Made by a program: the position numbers and the translations under genes. A DNA stretch of 62,239 bases, from the IMG/VR virus record IMGVR_UViG_3300030202_000729, positions 1 through 62,239 of that record. One strand, 5' to 3'. Below the pieces are notes generated by a model. The model saw only the letters and a list, made by a program, of their open reading frames with translations, did no database searches and was not told where the DNA came from. Shown here piece after piece: positions 12,401 through 20,108 of the stretch (its first letter is position 1; every line of letters starts with the position of its first letter). This stretch comes from a virus. Lineage: Duplodnaviria > Caudoviricetes.

Positions 12401-14336
12401 TAATCTCTGCTTCTTCTCTCTTTTGCTCTTTGCTCATGAACAGTCTTGCTGCTCCCTCTGTGCGTTCAGTAGCTGGGAACTTAGACTCTATATTATCGTG
12501 GAGTGTCTGAAGGTCTTCTGCTTTTTTCTTCAGGGCATCAACCAAGGCATTCTTATCTTGTCCCATGAGAGATTCTCCCTCACCAAGATTGTCTTGGATA
12601 AACTGCTCCTCAGTCTTTTCCTTCTCCATCTCCAAGCGCTCAAGGAATACATCCATAGTACCCATCTCTGCATGCATAAGAGCTTCCGCTCTGAGTGCTT
12701 TAAACTGCGCATCAGCATAAGCCTTATGCTTACCTGGTCTGCCGGTAAATCTACCCTTCTCGTCTCGTGCTCTAGTTTGTAGAGCGGCATTCATATCTGC
12801 TACGTGACCTGCTATTTCATTAGCATGCTGTCCTCTCTCAATCATTTTCTGCATGAGAGGACTGTTGTTGATCATCTCAAGAGCTTTGTTTACCTGCTGG
12901 TCTTCTGCGGTTTGTCCTTTGTTTATAGCAGTTTGTACACTGCCCAGACCTCCAGTAAGCATACCGACCATAACACCTACTAGTGTATTGTCAAAACCTT
13001 CCTTGGTGTTGTACGTATCTCCGTAGCCTTTAGCAATTGCTTTAAACCAATCATTAGCATACTCTGGATCTGTAGCTCTGAGAGTTGCAGCTTCTGATAT
13101 TGCAAACTGTGTAGCTTCTTGGAATCCCTCAGATACACCACCTTCAATAGAAGGAGCTATGTATTTCTTAGCTATGTTAAACCATCTAGGATCTTTGGCT
13201 AGTTTGTCTACAGCTTTACCTGCAGCTTTGTCAAGTCCTACTCTAGCAAGAGGTCCTTTACTTCTTGGTATAAACTTAGGGAATAGATGTTGTCCAAATG
13301 TTATAAGGTTTGTACCTGTTAACACTGCCAAGTTCATACCAAACGTTGCATTACCTGCACTTGCAGCCTCACTTCTTAGCTGTGTTTGAATTTCTTTTGG
13401 TACTTGGTTAGGGCTCATACCTCTATCAGCAGCATACTTTGCAATCATAGTATCTGCTACACTGTTCATAGTCTCACGAGCTTCTACAGAAGACTCTGCC
13501 CAAGACATCATCATACCAATGTCCGCTGCTTTAGCGGCTGCCTTAAGGCCACTACTAATCTTTGCACCTGTTTTTACAGCATTTGCTACATCAGCTCCTG
13601 TATCTACTGCTCTAGCTGCAGCCAATGCTGCTTTTGAGTATCTACCTAGACCTGCTGCTTTTCCCGCTAGCTTAAGTCCTTTGCCTGCCCCACCTATAAG
13701 TCCTGTACCACCGGTCAGATATATAGTAGCAATAGAGCCCAGGGAGTATCCTAGACCATTAGCTGCCTTATCTGCCCAGAAGTTTGCAAATCCTAGGGCT
13801 GCAAGACCTTGAGCATTTTGCTCTTGCTGTGTGTAGTAGTTAGGCATAACCTCTTGCATGTAGTTATTGATTTTGTCAATCTTTCTACCTACAGAGTTAT
13901 CAAAGAATTTAGTACCATCCCAATTAACAGCAGCTTCTCCTATACCCACGACCATGCCGAGTGTGTTTTCTGCAACTGCACCTGCAGTGGTTACAAGAGC
14001 TTTTGTAAGACCCCTGCCCCACTTCTCCCCTGTGCTTTGTCTCATAGCTCTTTCCTGGTCAAGGTCTAAGTAGGGAGAAAGTGTAGCCCCATACTTGCCA
14101 TAAGATGCTAGATCGTCTCGAAGATTTACATTAAACTGCATCTTCCTGTTGACACCAAGACTTTTCTTGTTGGTGATATAAGCACTGCCAGTTAACGGGT
14201 TTACCATAGGATCACCTGATGGTGATTTTATAACTGGAGAACCTGTTAACGGATTTACATCTATTGAAGCAGATGTATTAGGTGTGTCTTCTACTGAAGT
14301 ACCAGTAGGTGCATTAGTTGTATTTTCTTCGGCCAT
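453..14336 (-). CDS. giant virion-packaged RNA polymerase polyprotein (cargo-like N-terminus, two-barrel RNAP, zincin-containing C-terminal region)
   Basis: 4627 aa; GSDFDIDK catalytic motif (DFDID at 6420-6434) preceded by YRIP, as in crAss-like/phi14:2 gp66 RNAPs; HEFGH at 4161-4175; Gly/Ala-rich hydrophobic helices in the first ~470 aa; last of the giant genes after the muzzle. Confidence 0.92.
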   Translation of the reverse strand: MAEENTTNAPTGTSVEDTPNTSASIDVNPLTGSPVIKSPSGDPMVNPLTGSAYITNKKSLGVNRKMQFNVNLRDDLASYGKYGATLSPYLDLDQERAMRQSTGEKWGRGLTKALVTTAGAVAENTLGMVVGIGEAAVNWDGTKFFDNSVGRKIDKINNYMQEVMPNYYTQQEQNAQGLAALGFANFWADKAANGLGYSLGSIATIYLTGGTGLIGGAGKGLKLAGKAAGLGRYSKAALAAARAVDTGADVANAVKTGAKISSGLKAAAKAADIGMMMSWAESSVEARETMNSVADTMIAKYAADRGMSPNQVPKEIQTQLRSEAASAGNATFGMNLAVLTGTNLITFGQHLFPKFIPRSKGPLARVGLDKAAGKAVDKLAKDPRWFNIAKKYIAPSIEGGVSEGFQEATQFAISEAATLRATDPEYANDWFKAIAKGYGDTYNTKEGFDNTLVGVMVGMLTGGLGSVQTAINKGQTAEDQQVNKALEMINNSPLMQKMIERGQHANEIAGHVADMNAALQTRARDEKGRFTGRPGKHKAYADAQFKALRAEALMHAEMGTMDVFLERLEMEKEKTEEQFIQDNLGEGESLMGQDKNALVDALKKKAEDLQTLHDNIESKFPATERTEGAARLFMSKEQKREEAEIIADETFYKRMLFNNTSSLKNIDGRIDNLVAEINKADPEAGITAASVREAIQTVEGTLDVEDRSLPVESPILDEQTREKLNDALQRVTVNEGGVAAQELKEKMDDLILLASDRKKAVGALNNLSAVPEMREAYLQRQKARAEQAKQDKVDQAIREDINETVKESDLADVDTTNASPAMQEEIAQIKRERHEAEAKMRQEVGAMTPAAIEELLKEEEDPVRKSIMQDEVKKAKEEGRTTARLEPVRGEATDLTQSQERAADAEAAEMTAEATEAAQAQKDADERAADAEVSAAQAEQGNDNSQEKAGVVINAGDFTMDRTKGSGKYTIVVNDQNNPTKGRIEFDEKLFEENGVLLNREPLFRPGLEGKTATFELLKNGTTIAIKVGNDYIGHVRNDEYVRSPDYNRILAKLQKGEKVTAEITGRKFGNPNNMVDEQGNQKFVSVNEAFEKADQEPIIGILRGTKRGEFYMDTGNITEDGKIDPFPVEELASNINGETFEPGMVYMLVKQPNGKYRALTTSTRDLKNSKKAMQQARSLLQNNDADSITRLKDLLGLGGKLQVGRDTNDNNYMLVTAENKMVYRVYSDQFAKSADENINYTIGSFDDNGNFEAVSEEAEDLYDVTFLQGLDTAGVRSLIEQRLGESKFQISVQSVNQEGQFVSPLDNSTIYDSYLDYLSDPKIMDNDGLVGPLAVDFKAMDSTYGQFFNDPGISMEYNATDGKLEEATREAVNEETPAAPIEEDAVPAETTEEADIEVLPTIVEGDPIETEPAPQVETKLSALDRVGNARVFEEARDVGVAKTLNTIKALVEQNQPLDAGMLFGNPESTEGTAGEGSMIAEWFRDEAAKTEDPQRKAYLQEVYDTWFSTYDATGMEQDRGMRADVLDRLEEFGYTVREKSGTNILVEDAGVVYQRIYNKGRLEENPYDKLTEKVKRLLGRIPVSTDVKNTGVFGYDTFVPVADIYAAVLGATYNSKNSVEMVEKLRQLPSSHPVAGVAQFVSSLNDQQKSLLFSNFGSLGLTEFVIIDPALSTETAERSARTFDANSQSTTSFFKKKWKSEANQNLYTVTQDTLGNDVLSVSKEKAATIKEGISKLKKDSTNTAENANTLADLLMDMGMSIAPTREEARERVRSQVLSGKVDISRLISAPRTQLTAMATRLSSEGVKENIFESEGTTINRVIRDLVEPFESAPATSFNMGGKLIYPINARTEINNLQNRIKDGTQAVDMLGTDGVSVKGQVVGMSGKLLTSPKFKAKFKFKDLGILKGEQNKAYDELSQEDVMVVVLSQFHNAGQNTSNVALTTQADRKRMSFHTFPKVSTRNRQGLQALGLSGDTATSLIKNEIMLDMHRAYKAQLYIDKAKKNNDPLIEGYHTKDWFKRMNLPGLKYDEKTAQAIYDHLETKDPIDAEILERLGKDVSDALATMKGEIKESNPNLEGLLKSKLGADIFSNYGNLDNFLDDFILTDVLGKKMSNQMLRNGTTNWTQDGRTFIKRANLVTTPGGMLNVTPQGQYGADPTFTTATVKDITPDDLNGLAEKYGAAIEKGLISRGATPENAKKAAEDAVKKYKETNGTDAQAFISIDHYRKIRQGQGEWMPVDQEVYEEYKAGQPWDVTRSPLVPMKPQYDTMNNMGGTLSDINIPISDKNSYMVLDRALAEGRPILEDMLARMEARDQYAGQAPINVINTESATKLGQIRPYAIDNNGVNQFGELHVVTLDTRGLRFPQDIGIKEETKTNLGKQPKKNQIANVDRAHSYTLNVGTGKATKVKGSTMLDIYHNAIERKVQNDLSELKNALGFTSEFFEQNKDQIVDSKFMVTMRNRLLDMAKERGLPENVIESMRLELDEAGNVMFGLPLSYPGFQNTFDSLLFSAFRKGVYKQKVNGLEMVQFAEFGAHKETGELKFLDVNDDGFVTHAEIEIGEAQMKAFGLDLPVGVDLDTTDVAEENRRMIAYRIPNASKSFMVTLKIKRINKSGAQSAVRVPAQITTAMGSDFDIDKMFLMMPSQKKDGTGRIMPDYNALKANPAQILDSTYPADAVNNIILDVMEAVAVDAIHAQEVLDPEGIRDIEAGLEAIGMSKEQRGDVDLFNPMTHITAAYENMLSMSLRGIYANSIAGRNIVTSTGQEITGPVTVTVDGKQLNAIKQNSAFPDVFGIIRPTDHYLKQYLSAAVDSVKDPLQNAANDNSKTAPLTVYLLSIGATPQQAIKFLTNPHVRKVTEAMQRKDVNNPKQAGFFGTNKDKNTTANLDITEETPTREIEDSLVALYKGANALQTTYSAVSVDNIDGAGSVAAHQAYFDKIEAIREGQLDSYGGASFVDGVLTGDLYRYQAAYHAAMETAMEVANRAGMIGTQMSVTGFKNFVKELTGNGFLSIEQHKALNRVISHHLLTKQGSPLSESAYLNEDTLSIVHLSKDQNIIAGLSNMRQLPLIANLSIVKQLTPKETQYNAENKFFSLEFNNAQGRTLAEQNKMQREWERMLNRPESFGYDAQTTNEIRQFAKDLITNSISTTGFATSPTSMFGMLPNSVMKEVGAGEYLAQEMVKVETTASALNDLKARFLQDYGHMKLGKKHMFPVADNVVTTVRGVPSPVLEQFRLTKDILKRKPFNIVGTDGFGNSYVYQRVETPNTIAGGENIVTYHRTETRGREGMLNEAGNDRSILYPNKSAAPESIQPVQNNATKSREIDASLSRDADPKAKISKLKAAFADAGIDVIVEEGSLEKGVKGQIDGEVITFDPSQMTDDTAYHEFGHIIVDMLPKSQVEGYIAQMRKLRPDLVRQVEDAYAGDNLSEFEMGKEILVTAIGIEGAKIEKNKPSAFRRLINRIMRAIGKLFGVQPDAASVLAEKMFAGELRGLQLSGIFNPKVQRSRDMQNEVDNLYKTATISVNAEIRQLEMIPEATRDNEQIRRLKELKKNIKRLKENKNDIDAFMKIQEYVVLNVDRAKAMMNDLRNLSQREAPVGKKEALRVLQQVDAVRRIIDGVDGGGSLVRQTQVLLREVVGEEGTEQRKKDILADLQDALIDAQELDNEYLKIAIPLAADSLVNYGSEEVNAELDNVIAATKRTKDIGGIDKRDPEYSLIQVKHGRGELNDAQRLQALLDLKIEQLSNKKLGRKQLIREMTQAHVDKSGYSFYMDPFVYSSEQNLQLFALAYTDQVTKANEGTRKTIFDFQKVYDAFRESAGGGINVAKFNAPFLTENNIRGQKLLFMVQEYDVNKFYTARTNAENSFKENNGWPKDDNGKFVARNSEAYKQWSMDETGKGSLAARQYYRDRAAWYAENTQPVENADSLYNENIKRQEELKAKIAELEGSESAFDQDRASVLKQELGELINEARWNKSNQTYSGALAKPSNEYKSKKWEAIQADPAKKAYYDSIVNRYHADQARGTKSNLYTNAWDKFSYQMPAIRKDSADRVQEQGVIAGVKDQVVDSLTRQATDIEYGVFQEVDGVVQKGVPILYTNRVDAKNVSRDIAASLMQFHHMTNMFEAKAEMQGLVNTMLDIHARREVLETDPATGSKILNKLSPGDAQVYRKGKGIDSNTFKHLQSFVDANFYGMYDIPQYIKGLGEANKIASSVSVLTALNTLSFNTLQAGNQAILDNLMTWEEAWAGQFFTRANYRSAIAEYAASGGAMADLGKMAPTTKLGQAMQMFDALVEMTDGAGRNITGGKMKQSMSTDSFFVLQHAVEHQTSGVRMIALMKAMEGKLKDKNGKVINNKEGKPADLWDLLVMDEKGFLVVDPRVANFDKAKFVSKLNSVQKRTNQIKGRRDKSHFQRSALGKVLTLFRNYLQPQLRKRFGHGDGYHVDQEAGSVTRGMYLSALDYLKNMFTQGRFAISDYSETDQQNIRRAFFETAVILATYAIGRALAGMMSDDDDDSYALRFFAYQAKRLNTEMLQFLNPKEAMRIIDSPTATANLLRKWTGLIDQGAAELGYVVGVGDEEDIFYQRRTGTAEKGDRKIVNKIKRVLPVVDGIMSTLTPEEKIKFLEK

Positions 14337-14337
14337 G

Positions 14338-16755
14338 TTAGTTTGCTACTATTCGATCTCCAGAGTTGTCTAAGTTAGCTATAAATCCTTTATCACCCAT
14401 AGCTGCATTTATATTCATAATTCTACCTTCTAATGCACCACCTTGTGGAATAATTGTATTGTTATCAAAGTCAACTGCTACTCTCAGTCTTTCACCATTT
14501 GCTTGTAGTATAGTTACTATTGGACGCTCAATGCCGTGGTTTCTTTGCATAGACGCTTGTCTTAAGAACTGATAAGAACTGCCACTAGTGTATTCATTTA
14601 TACTTGGAGCATCTACGTGGGAGAAAGGTACTTGTGCTGAAACTATTCGGTCCTTACCATCTACAGTTACTTTGTATGAGACTTGTACAGTGCCACCTCC
14701 GGCTCCAACATTAGCAGGATTGTATCTTATAATTCCTTCTTGTCTTGCTTCTGCTGCCGCCTCTTGAGATGATTCAGAAACTTTTCCAGTCTGCCATGGT
14801 GTCTCTCCCAGTTCTTCATCTAAGAGCTGGTCAAATCCAATTAGCTCTCCAGTCTTTCTTGATATAAATACACTACCGCTTTCTATAGGGGAGCTATCTT
14901 TATATAATCGGTCAATCTCAGATCTTTGTTTAGTTGTCATACCTGGTACAGATGTGTAGGTAGTTGGAGTAAACTCTCTAGTTCCTACTTCATTAAGGTA
15001 ATCATTTATTGTTTCGTCTGAGAGTTCTATAGCACCATTCATATCATCCAGGATATCATCTACATCTCTACCAGCAAACTGTCTATTTGCTAAATCCTTA
15101 GTGCTAACAACTGAGAGAGGTCCATCAAATAAACCTGGTCTAGTTCGTCCAAATCCTTCGGGATGATCTGCCAATTGCATCACTGCGTCCATGCTAATTT
15201 GATCTGCTCCTTCACCTATCTTACCGGTCATGTAGGCTTTTAGTACTCTCCACTGTTCTTCTTCGTTGGCCTCAGGGAATACTTTTTGAACTACGTCTAG
15301 CAGTTCTTCTCCTCCTGTTACCGCTCGCAGTGATTGCATTCTTGCGGCTGATGTTTGACCAGTAGCCTCCATTGTTTCAGCCATCAATCTATTCATAGCC
15401 TCCACTTCTCCTAATGCCTCTAGTTGAATATTCTTTTGTTGTCTAAAGATAGCAAGTTCTTCTGGCTGAGCTCCACCTCTCATTGCACTGAACTCCTCTT
15501 CAGTCATCTCGCTAAGAGTATCAAACGTTATCCCAGGTAGAGTATTTTCGTAGTAATCAGGCTCTTGCATAGCTTTAAGGACGTTTTCTCTACTCTCTAG
15601 ATACTGTGTCTTTTCATTATATGTAAGACCTGACTTAGCCAGATTCTGTTGCAAAGCACCACTCCTTCCAGCTCCAAGTGGGATTACACCATTGTCTTTG
15701 TTTAGGGCGAGCCATGCTTTGTCGTAATCAAGTAGTCTACTACCACCTGTTTGCTCAACTCCTGGGATTGCCATAGCTGTTTTGAACAATGGGGATTGGT
15801 TATCGTAGTATGTAGCTTCTTGAGCCATACCTCTAATAGCTGCTATATTAGCCCCCTCAGGGTTGTTTAGCTCTGCTTCCATTTTAGCAGCTTTTTCATT
15901 AAGATCTCTCTTCATGTTCTCATCCTCAGTTGCCTCAGCATCCTTTCTAAACTTAGCAGCAAAGTCAGTAGCTACTTTTGTTGCTGTCTCGTCATCCATT
16001 CTATTGACGCTGTACCTAGCGTCTTGTAGCATGAACTCTCTTACGTCAGGCTCGTCCATGATAGAGTTGAATGCTGCTTGTATATCTTCGGGTGGCACAT
16101 ACTTAGTAATGCCTTCTTTGGTCTTGTATGTGTACGTAGCTTCTGGATCATAGCCTACACCAAGCTGACCTGCACCACCTCTTGCTGCTATCTCTTGAGG
16201 AGACAGGTTAAGGTAGTTTACTTCAAACCCACCAACAGCATCTTTGTCAAGCTTCTTGATACGCTCAAAGATTCTCTCGTTTACGTTAACAAACTTAGAT
16301 ACTTGTCTTTCGTTGTATGAGCCTTGATTTGCTACACCACCAGTAGCTGCATAGTCAGCATCCATCTCTCTCATCGCATCATCGTACATACCTGCAGTAA
16401 GATCCCCTTTATCTCTACGAGCTTTGAGATTTTCTGCTATAGAAGCCCTTGCTGCAGCTTGCTGTTTAATAGGGTCGTACTCAGTTTTAAACTTACGTGC
16501 GTCTCTAACTATCTGCATGCCCATGTTTTCATAGTCACCCTTGTCCGCACGTTCATCTAGTATAGATCTGTACTTCTCTTCTAGTAAAGCCTTGGCTCCT
16601 TCGTCAGGGGTCAATGCTATCATGCTAGATATTGATTCAGAGAACTCATCGTCAGCGCTGAAGTTGTCTGCGAATCTAGTTCTCAACGTCTCGGATATCT
16701 TTACAGATCCTGGATCGACGTACGTGCTTTGGTATGGATTGAAATTTAACGGCAT
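14338..16755 (-). CDS. putative ejected internal virion (cargo) protein
   Basis: 805 aa, helical and acidic; lies between cargo and vRNAP genes as in crAss-like synteny. Confidence 0.65.
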   Translation of the reverse strand: MPLNFNPYQSTYVDPGSVKISETLRTRFADNFSADDEFSESISSMIALTPDEGAKALLEEKYRSILDERADKGDYENMGMQIVRDARKFKTEYDPIKQQAAARASIAENLKARRDKGDLTAGMYDDAMREMDADYAATGGVANQGSYNERQVSKFVNVNERIFERIKKLDKDAVGGFEVNYLNLSPQEIAARGGAGQLGVGYDPEATYTYKTKEGITKYVPPEDIQAAFNSIMDEPDVREFMLQDARYSVNRMDDETATKVATDFAAKFRKDAEATEDENMKRDLNEKAAKMEAELNNPEGANIAAIRGMAQEATYYDNQSPLFKTAMAIPGVEQTGGSRLLDYDKAWLALNKDNGVIPLGAGRSGALQQNLAKSGLTYNEKTQYLESRENVLKAMQEPDYYENTLPGITFDTLSEMTEEEFSAMRGGAQPEELAIFRQQKNIQLEALGEVEAMNRLMAETMEATGQTSAARMQSLRAVTGGEELLDVVQKVFPEANEEEQWRVLKAYMTGKIGEGADQISMDAVMQLADHPEGFGRTRPGLFDGPLSVVSTKDLANRQFAGRDVDDILDDMNGAIELSDETINDYLNEVGTREFTPTTYTSVPGMTTKQRSEIDRLYKDSSPIESGSVFISRKTGELIGFDQLLDEELGETPWQTGKVSESSQEAAAEARQEGIIRYNPANVGAGGGTVQVSYKVTVDGKDRIVSAQVPFSHVDAPSINEYTSGSSYQFLRQASMQRNHGIERPIVTILQANGERLRVAVDFDNNTIIPQGGALEGRIMNINAAMGDKGFIANLDNSGDRIVAN

Positions 16756-19700
16756 TATCTTTTTATTCTTCTGATTCCACCTCTTCTACGAGTGTAGCCT
16801 CCGTGTCTTGATTTTCTTGCATCTTTCAATGCTTGCTTAGCTGCTGTCTTCTGAGCTGCAGCTTCTGCCTGAGCGGCTTCAAATTCTTCTACAGTATCAT
16901 AACCAGCTTTCTTTGCCTTGTCTAGGGCTTTTTTATTTTTTTTAGCTGCTTTGTCTGACTCTTTTTGATCTTGCTTAGCCTGTCGTGCTTTAGCGGTAGC
17001 ATCGCTTAGCTCTTCCTGCATCTCTCTACGCTTTTCTATAGCTGCAATGTTTGCACGTTCAAGAGCATCTTTACCTTCTTTATCTAAGGTATTGGCTACA
17101 TTTGTTTTGGCAACTTTTTGATCAGACTTGTACTTCATTACGTCGCCGAGTGAGCCTGCTACACCTTGTCCCATGGCTTGCAGTGCACCAAACTTATTTG
17201 CAAACTCTTCTTGGTTTTGCATCAGAGCAAGGTTTCTCATGTACTCCTGTGCTCGTTGGTTCTGTGCTATGTTGAACTGTGATGCCTGAGTCTGCATCTG
17301 TGCTTCTCTTGCACCTAGCTGCATGTTAGCTTGCCTAGTCCTTTGATCGATTTGGCCTTTCTGTTGCTGAGCTTGACTCAAAAGATTGGTATAGTTTGCT
17401 GCTGCAGCAGGTCCCATTGCCTGTCCTTCCATACTAGCCAAGAGTGCAGACATATTTTGATCGACTCTATCTTTATCTGCTTCACCACTTACTCGTCCAA
17501 GCTTAGGTGCTTGATAAGATTGTGGTGCATATCCACCAACTCTAGGTGGCTTATTGGTAAGAGCATAGATAGGAGCTACTGCTTGTGCTGCCATAGCAGC
17601 TAGTGCTTCAGGTGGTACAGCTCTATTAGCTTTCTTAAGGTCTCTTAGGCTTTGCTTTAGTGCAGTAGTTTCCTCAACAGTTGATTCACTATCACCCGGT
17701 GTGCTAGCTTTTGCTGCTGCTTCAATTGCATCCTTCTCAGCTTGTACTTCCTCTTCCGTTTCTTTATCCTGTGTAGCTCCCTCAGGTATATCACCTGCTG
17801 CGATTGCATCTATTGCAGACTGTCCTGCAGTTGACTGTTCTTCATCATACGCTTGGTCAGATTGATCTACTTCAAACTCATCCCCAAACTCACCCCATGC
17901 TCTTCTAATGTATGCATTGTTATGTGAGCCTTCTGGGTCAAGATCAAGTCTCTGTGCATCCTCTGGCATATTGGTGTTCAGCCACTGTCTAAATGCATTA
18001 CCCTCCTCTGCATTAGCAAAAACATCAAACTTAGGCTTAGTTGAACTTGCAGTTGTAGGAGGTGTAGTATTAGCCTCTACAACTGCGTTAGTTTCAGATA
18101 CTGGTTGTTCTGTTACATTTCCCCCTCGATTAGTGCTCAGCACCTTAGTGCTAATTCCACTACCTATATTAGGAGAGCCTACAGTTAAACCACTAGTAGA
18201 CAAACCGGTAATAGGATCATTAAATGTTAATGCATTAGTCTCAGTAGATTGTGCTTTCATCTTAGTACCACCATATCTAGCCGCTGCCTTCTTAGCTACC
18301 TTCATAGCTCCTTCATCAACTCCTTCAAAAAAAACATTACTAAGCTTCTTACCTTTACTAAGAGGCTTTTTAGCAGAATATACTAGATTTCCTCCCTTAG
18401 TTGCTTTGGCTGCTTTTGCTGCTTTACCAGCTGCGCTAAGTCCCTTAGTTACTTTATCTCCAAGTATCGCAAGGTTTCCTGCATCTGCTGCAGCCCCTAC
18501 CCCAGGAAGAACTCCCAGAGCAGATCCCCCAGCAAGTGTGCCGTAGACACCAGCTCCAAGCTTATCACCTTTTAGATATTTAACCCCAGATCTTCCTGCA
18601 TACCCGAGAGTATTTAGTACACCAGCCCCCTGACTAATCACTGGTATCTCACTTGCAGCTACACCTTGAATACCAAGTTGAAGTGCATCAAGCTGTAACT
18701 CTGGGTTCTTAGCCATAAGAACAGCAGTATCTTTTATATTGTCCATGACCTTTTTCTCTCTCCTTTTATCCACCAGCCTTTCATTTCTTTTCATATCAGC
18801 CTCAGACATGCTAGTCAGCTTGTCATTCTTCTTAGGTATTGCAGAGGTATCTATGTTAGGACCTATACCTTGAGCTTGGAGCTGTGCTTGCATAGCTCTC
18901 ATAGCTGCCATAGGATCCGCTGGACTCTTGCCGTCTTGTGCCTTTAGCTTTGCAATGCTTTCCTTGAGTCCACCACCTCTCTTGATGTACTTAGAGCCTC
19001 TAGGACCGTATTGGTTTTTACCTTTTTTCTTCATATCGTCTTCTTGGTCTTTGGCTAGTTCTTGATAGTCTGCAACAATACCCCCCTCTTCCATCTTTCT
19101 ATGTATATCCGCGTATGATGTATTAGCTCCTACACCATACTTAGCCTGCATCTTCTTGTTAACCTTGTGGTGTTCACTGAAAATGTAGTCAATAGTCTTG
19201 CCGTCTCTAGCAACAATTGGTCGCTCTGTCTCACCCCCTTCTACCTCTATGTTGTCTCTCTTAAGATCGATGCCTCCTGACTCATGCTTCTTACCAATGT
19301 AATGTTTACCTCCGTCAGGAAGTGGTACTACTTGACCACCAGGTAGCTTCATACCACCTGCCCTAGCAGTAAAAGCTGCATTGGCTTTTAGTATGTCCCC
19401 ATATTGTCCAGCTTGTTCTTTTCTTAAGTTAGCCACAGATGCTACTCTCTCTTTTTCTGCTCTCTTTTTACCTCCAAAAGCACCTCCTACTGCACCAACA
19501 GCACCACCTATAACACCACCAAGTCCTGGAATAATCTTGTTACCTAGATCAAAGCCTTTACCTGCGCCCTTAATAGCTCCGCCTACAGCTGCTCCTGTAC
19601 GTTCTGTTTTATCGTTTCTAAGAGCATCATCAGCTGTACCAGACTTTTTATTTATAAGTGCCGTAGCACCTTTAGCTAAAAGATCTGTAGCTGCAGATAC

Positions 19701-20108
19701 ACCTATCTTACCACCTTTTATACCTTTAAGTAGGTCTTGTCCTTTACCCGCAAGCGACATACCTGCATCTTGGAGCATACCCCCTACATTCAATCCTCCT
19801 CCTGTAACTGCATCTGCTACACTAGCTCCTGGTACTTGTAATTGAGGCACCTGTAGATTCTGCTCAATAGCAGCTGGTTGTATACCTGGTGTCTGAAGCA
19901 TCCCGTCTTGAGCTTTCTTTTTGCTCCCGAGACCTCTCATATTCTCAGCAAATACAGCTTGCCTAACTAGCTTAGGATCTTCACTGGCTTTAGCTTTATC
20001 AATACAGCGTTGAGTTACTCTACCTCCACAGTATTCTGTAAAAGCACCAACAGTTCCTTTCTTTTTCATTTGCTTGTTAGCTTTTTGTATCCACTTTTTA
20101 TTTGCCAT
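16755..20108 (-). CDS. putative internal virion cargo/ejection protein
   Basis: 1117 aa; glycine-zipper hydrophobic segments (GLGGVIGGAVGAVGG), GKKHESGGI..IEVEGGE motif, Gln-rich coiled coil; directly follows the muzzle. Confidence 0.7.
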   Translation of the reverse strand: MANKKWIQKANKQMKKKGTVGAFTEYCGGRVTQRCIDKAKASEDPKLVRQAVFAENMRGLGSKKKAQDGMLQTPGIQPAAIEQNLQVPQLQVPGASVADAVTGGGLNVGGMLQDAGMSLAGKGQDLLKGIKGGKIGVSAATDLLAKGATALINKKSGTADDALRNDKTERTGAAVGGAIKGAGKGFDLGNKIIPGLGGVIGGAVGAVGGAFGGKKRAEKERVASVANLRKEQAGQYGDILKANAAFTARAGGMKLPGGQVVPLPDGGKHYIGKKHESGGIDLKRDNIEVEGGETERPIVARDGKTIDYIFSEHHKVNKKMQAKYGVGANTSYADIHRKMEEGGIVADYQELAKDQEDDMKKKGKNQYGPRGSKYIKRGGGLKESIAKLKAQDGKSPADPMAAMRAMQAQLQAQGIGPNIDTSAIPKKNDKLTSMSEADMKRNERLVDKRREKKVMDNIKDTAVLMAKNPELQLDALQLGIQGVAASEIPVISQGAGVLNTLGYAGRSGVKYLKGDKLGAGVYGTLAGGSALGVLPGVGAAADAGNLAILGDKVTKGLSAAGKAAKAAKATKGGNLVYSAKKPLSKGKKLSNVFFEGVDEGAMKVAKKAAARYGGTKMKAQSTETNALTFNDPITGLSTSGLTVGSPNIGSGISTKVLSTNRGGNVTEQPVSETNAVVEANTTPPTTASSTKPKFDVFANAEEGNAFRQWLNTNMPEDAQRLDLDPEGSHNNAYIRRAWGEFGDEFEVDQSDQAYDEEQSTAGQSAIDAIAAGDIPEGATQDKETEEEVQAEKDAIEAAAKASTPGDSESTVEETTALKQSLRDLKKANRAVPPEALAAMAAQAVAPIYALTNKPPRVGGYAPQSYQAPKLGRVSGEADKDRVDQNMSALLASMEGQAMGPAAAANYTNLLSQAQQQKGQIDQRTRQANMQLGAREAQMQTQASQFNIAQNQRAQEYMRNLALMQNQEEFANKFGALQAMGQGVAGSLGDVMKYKSDQKVAKTNVANTLDKEGKDALERANIAAIEKRREMQEELSDATAKARQAKQDQKESDKAAKKNKKALDKAKKAGYDTVEEFEAAQAEAAAQKTAAKQALKDARKSRHGGYTRRRGGIRRIKR

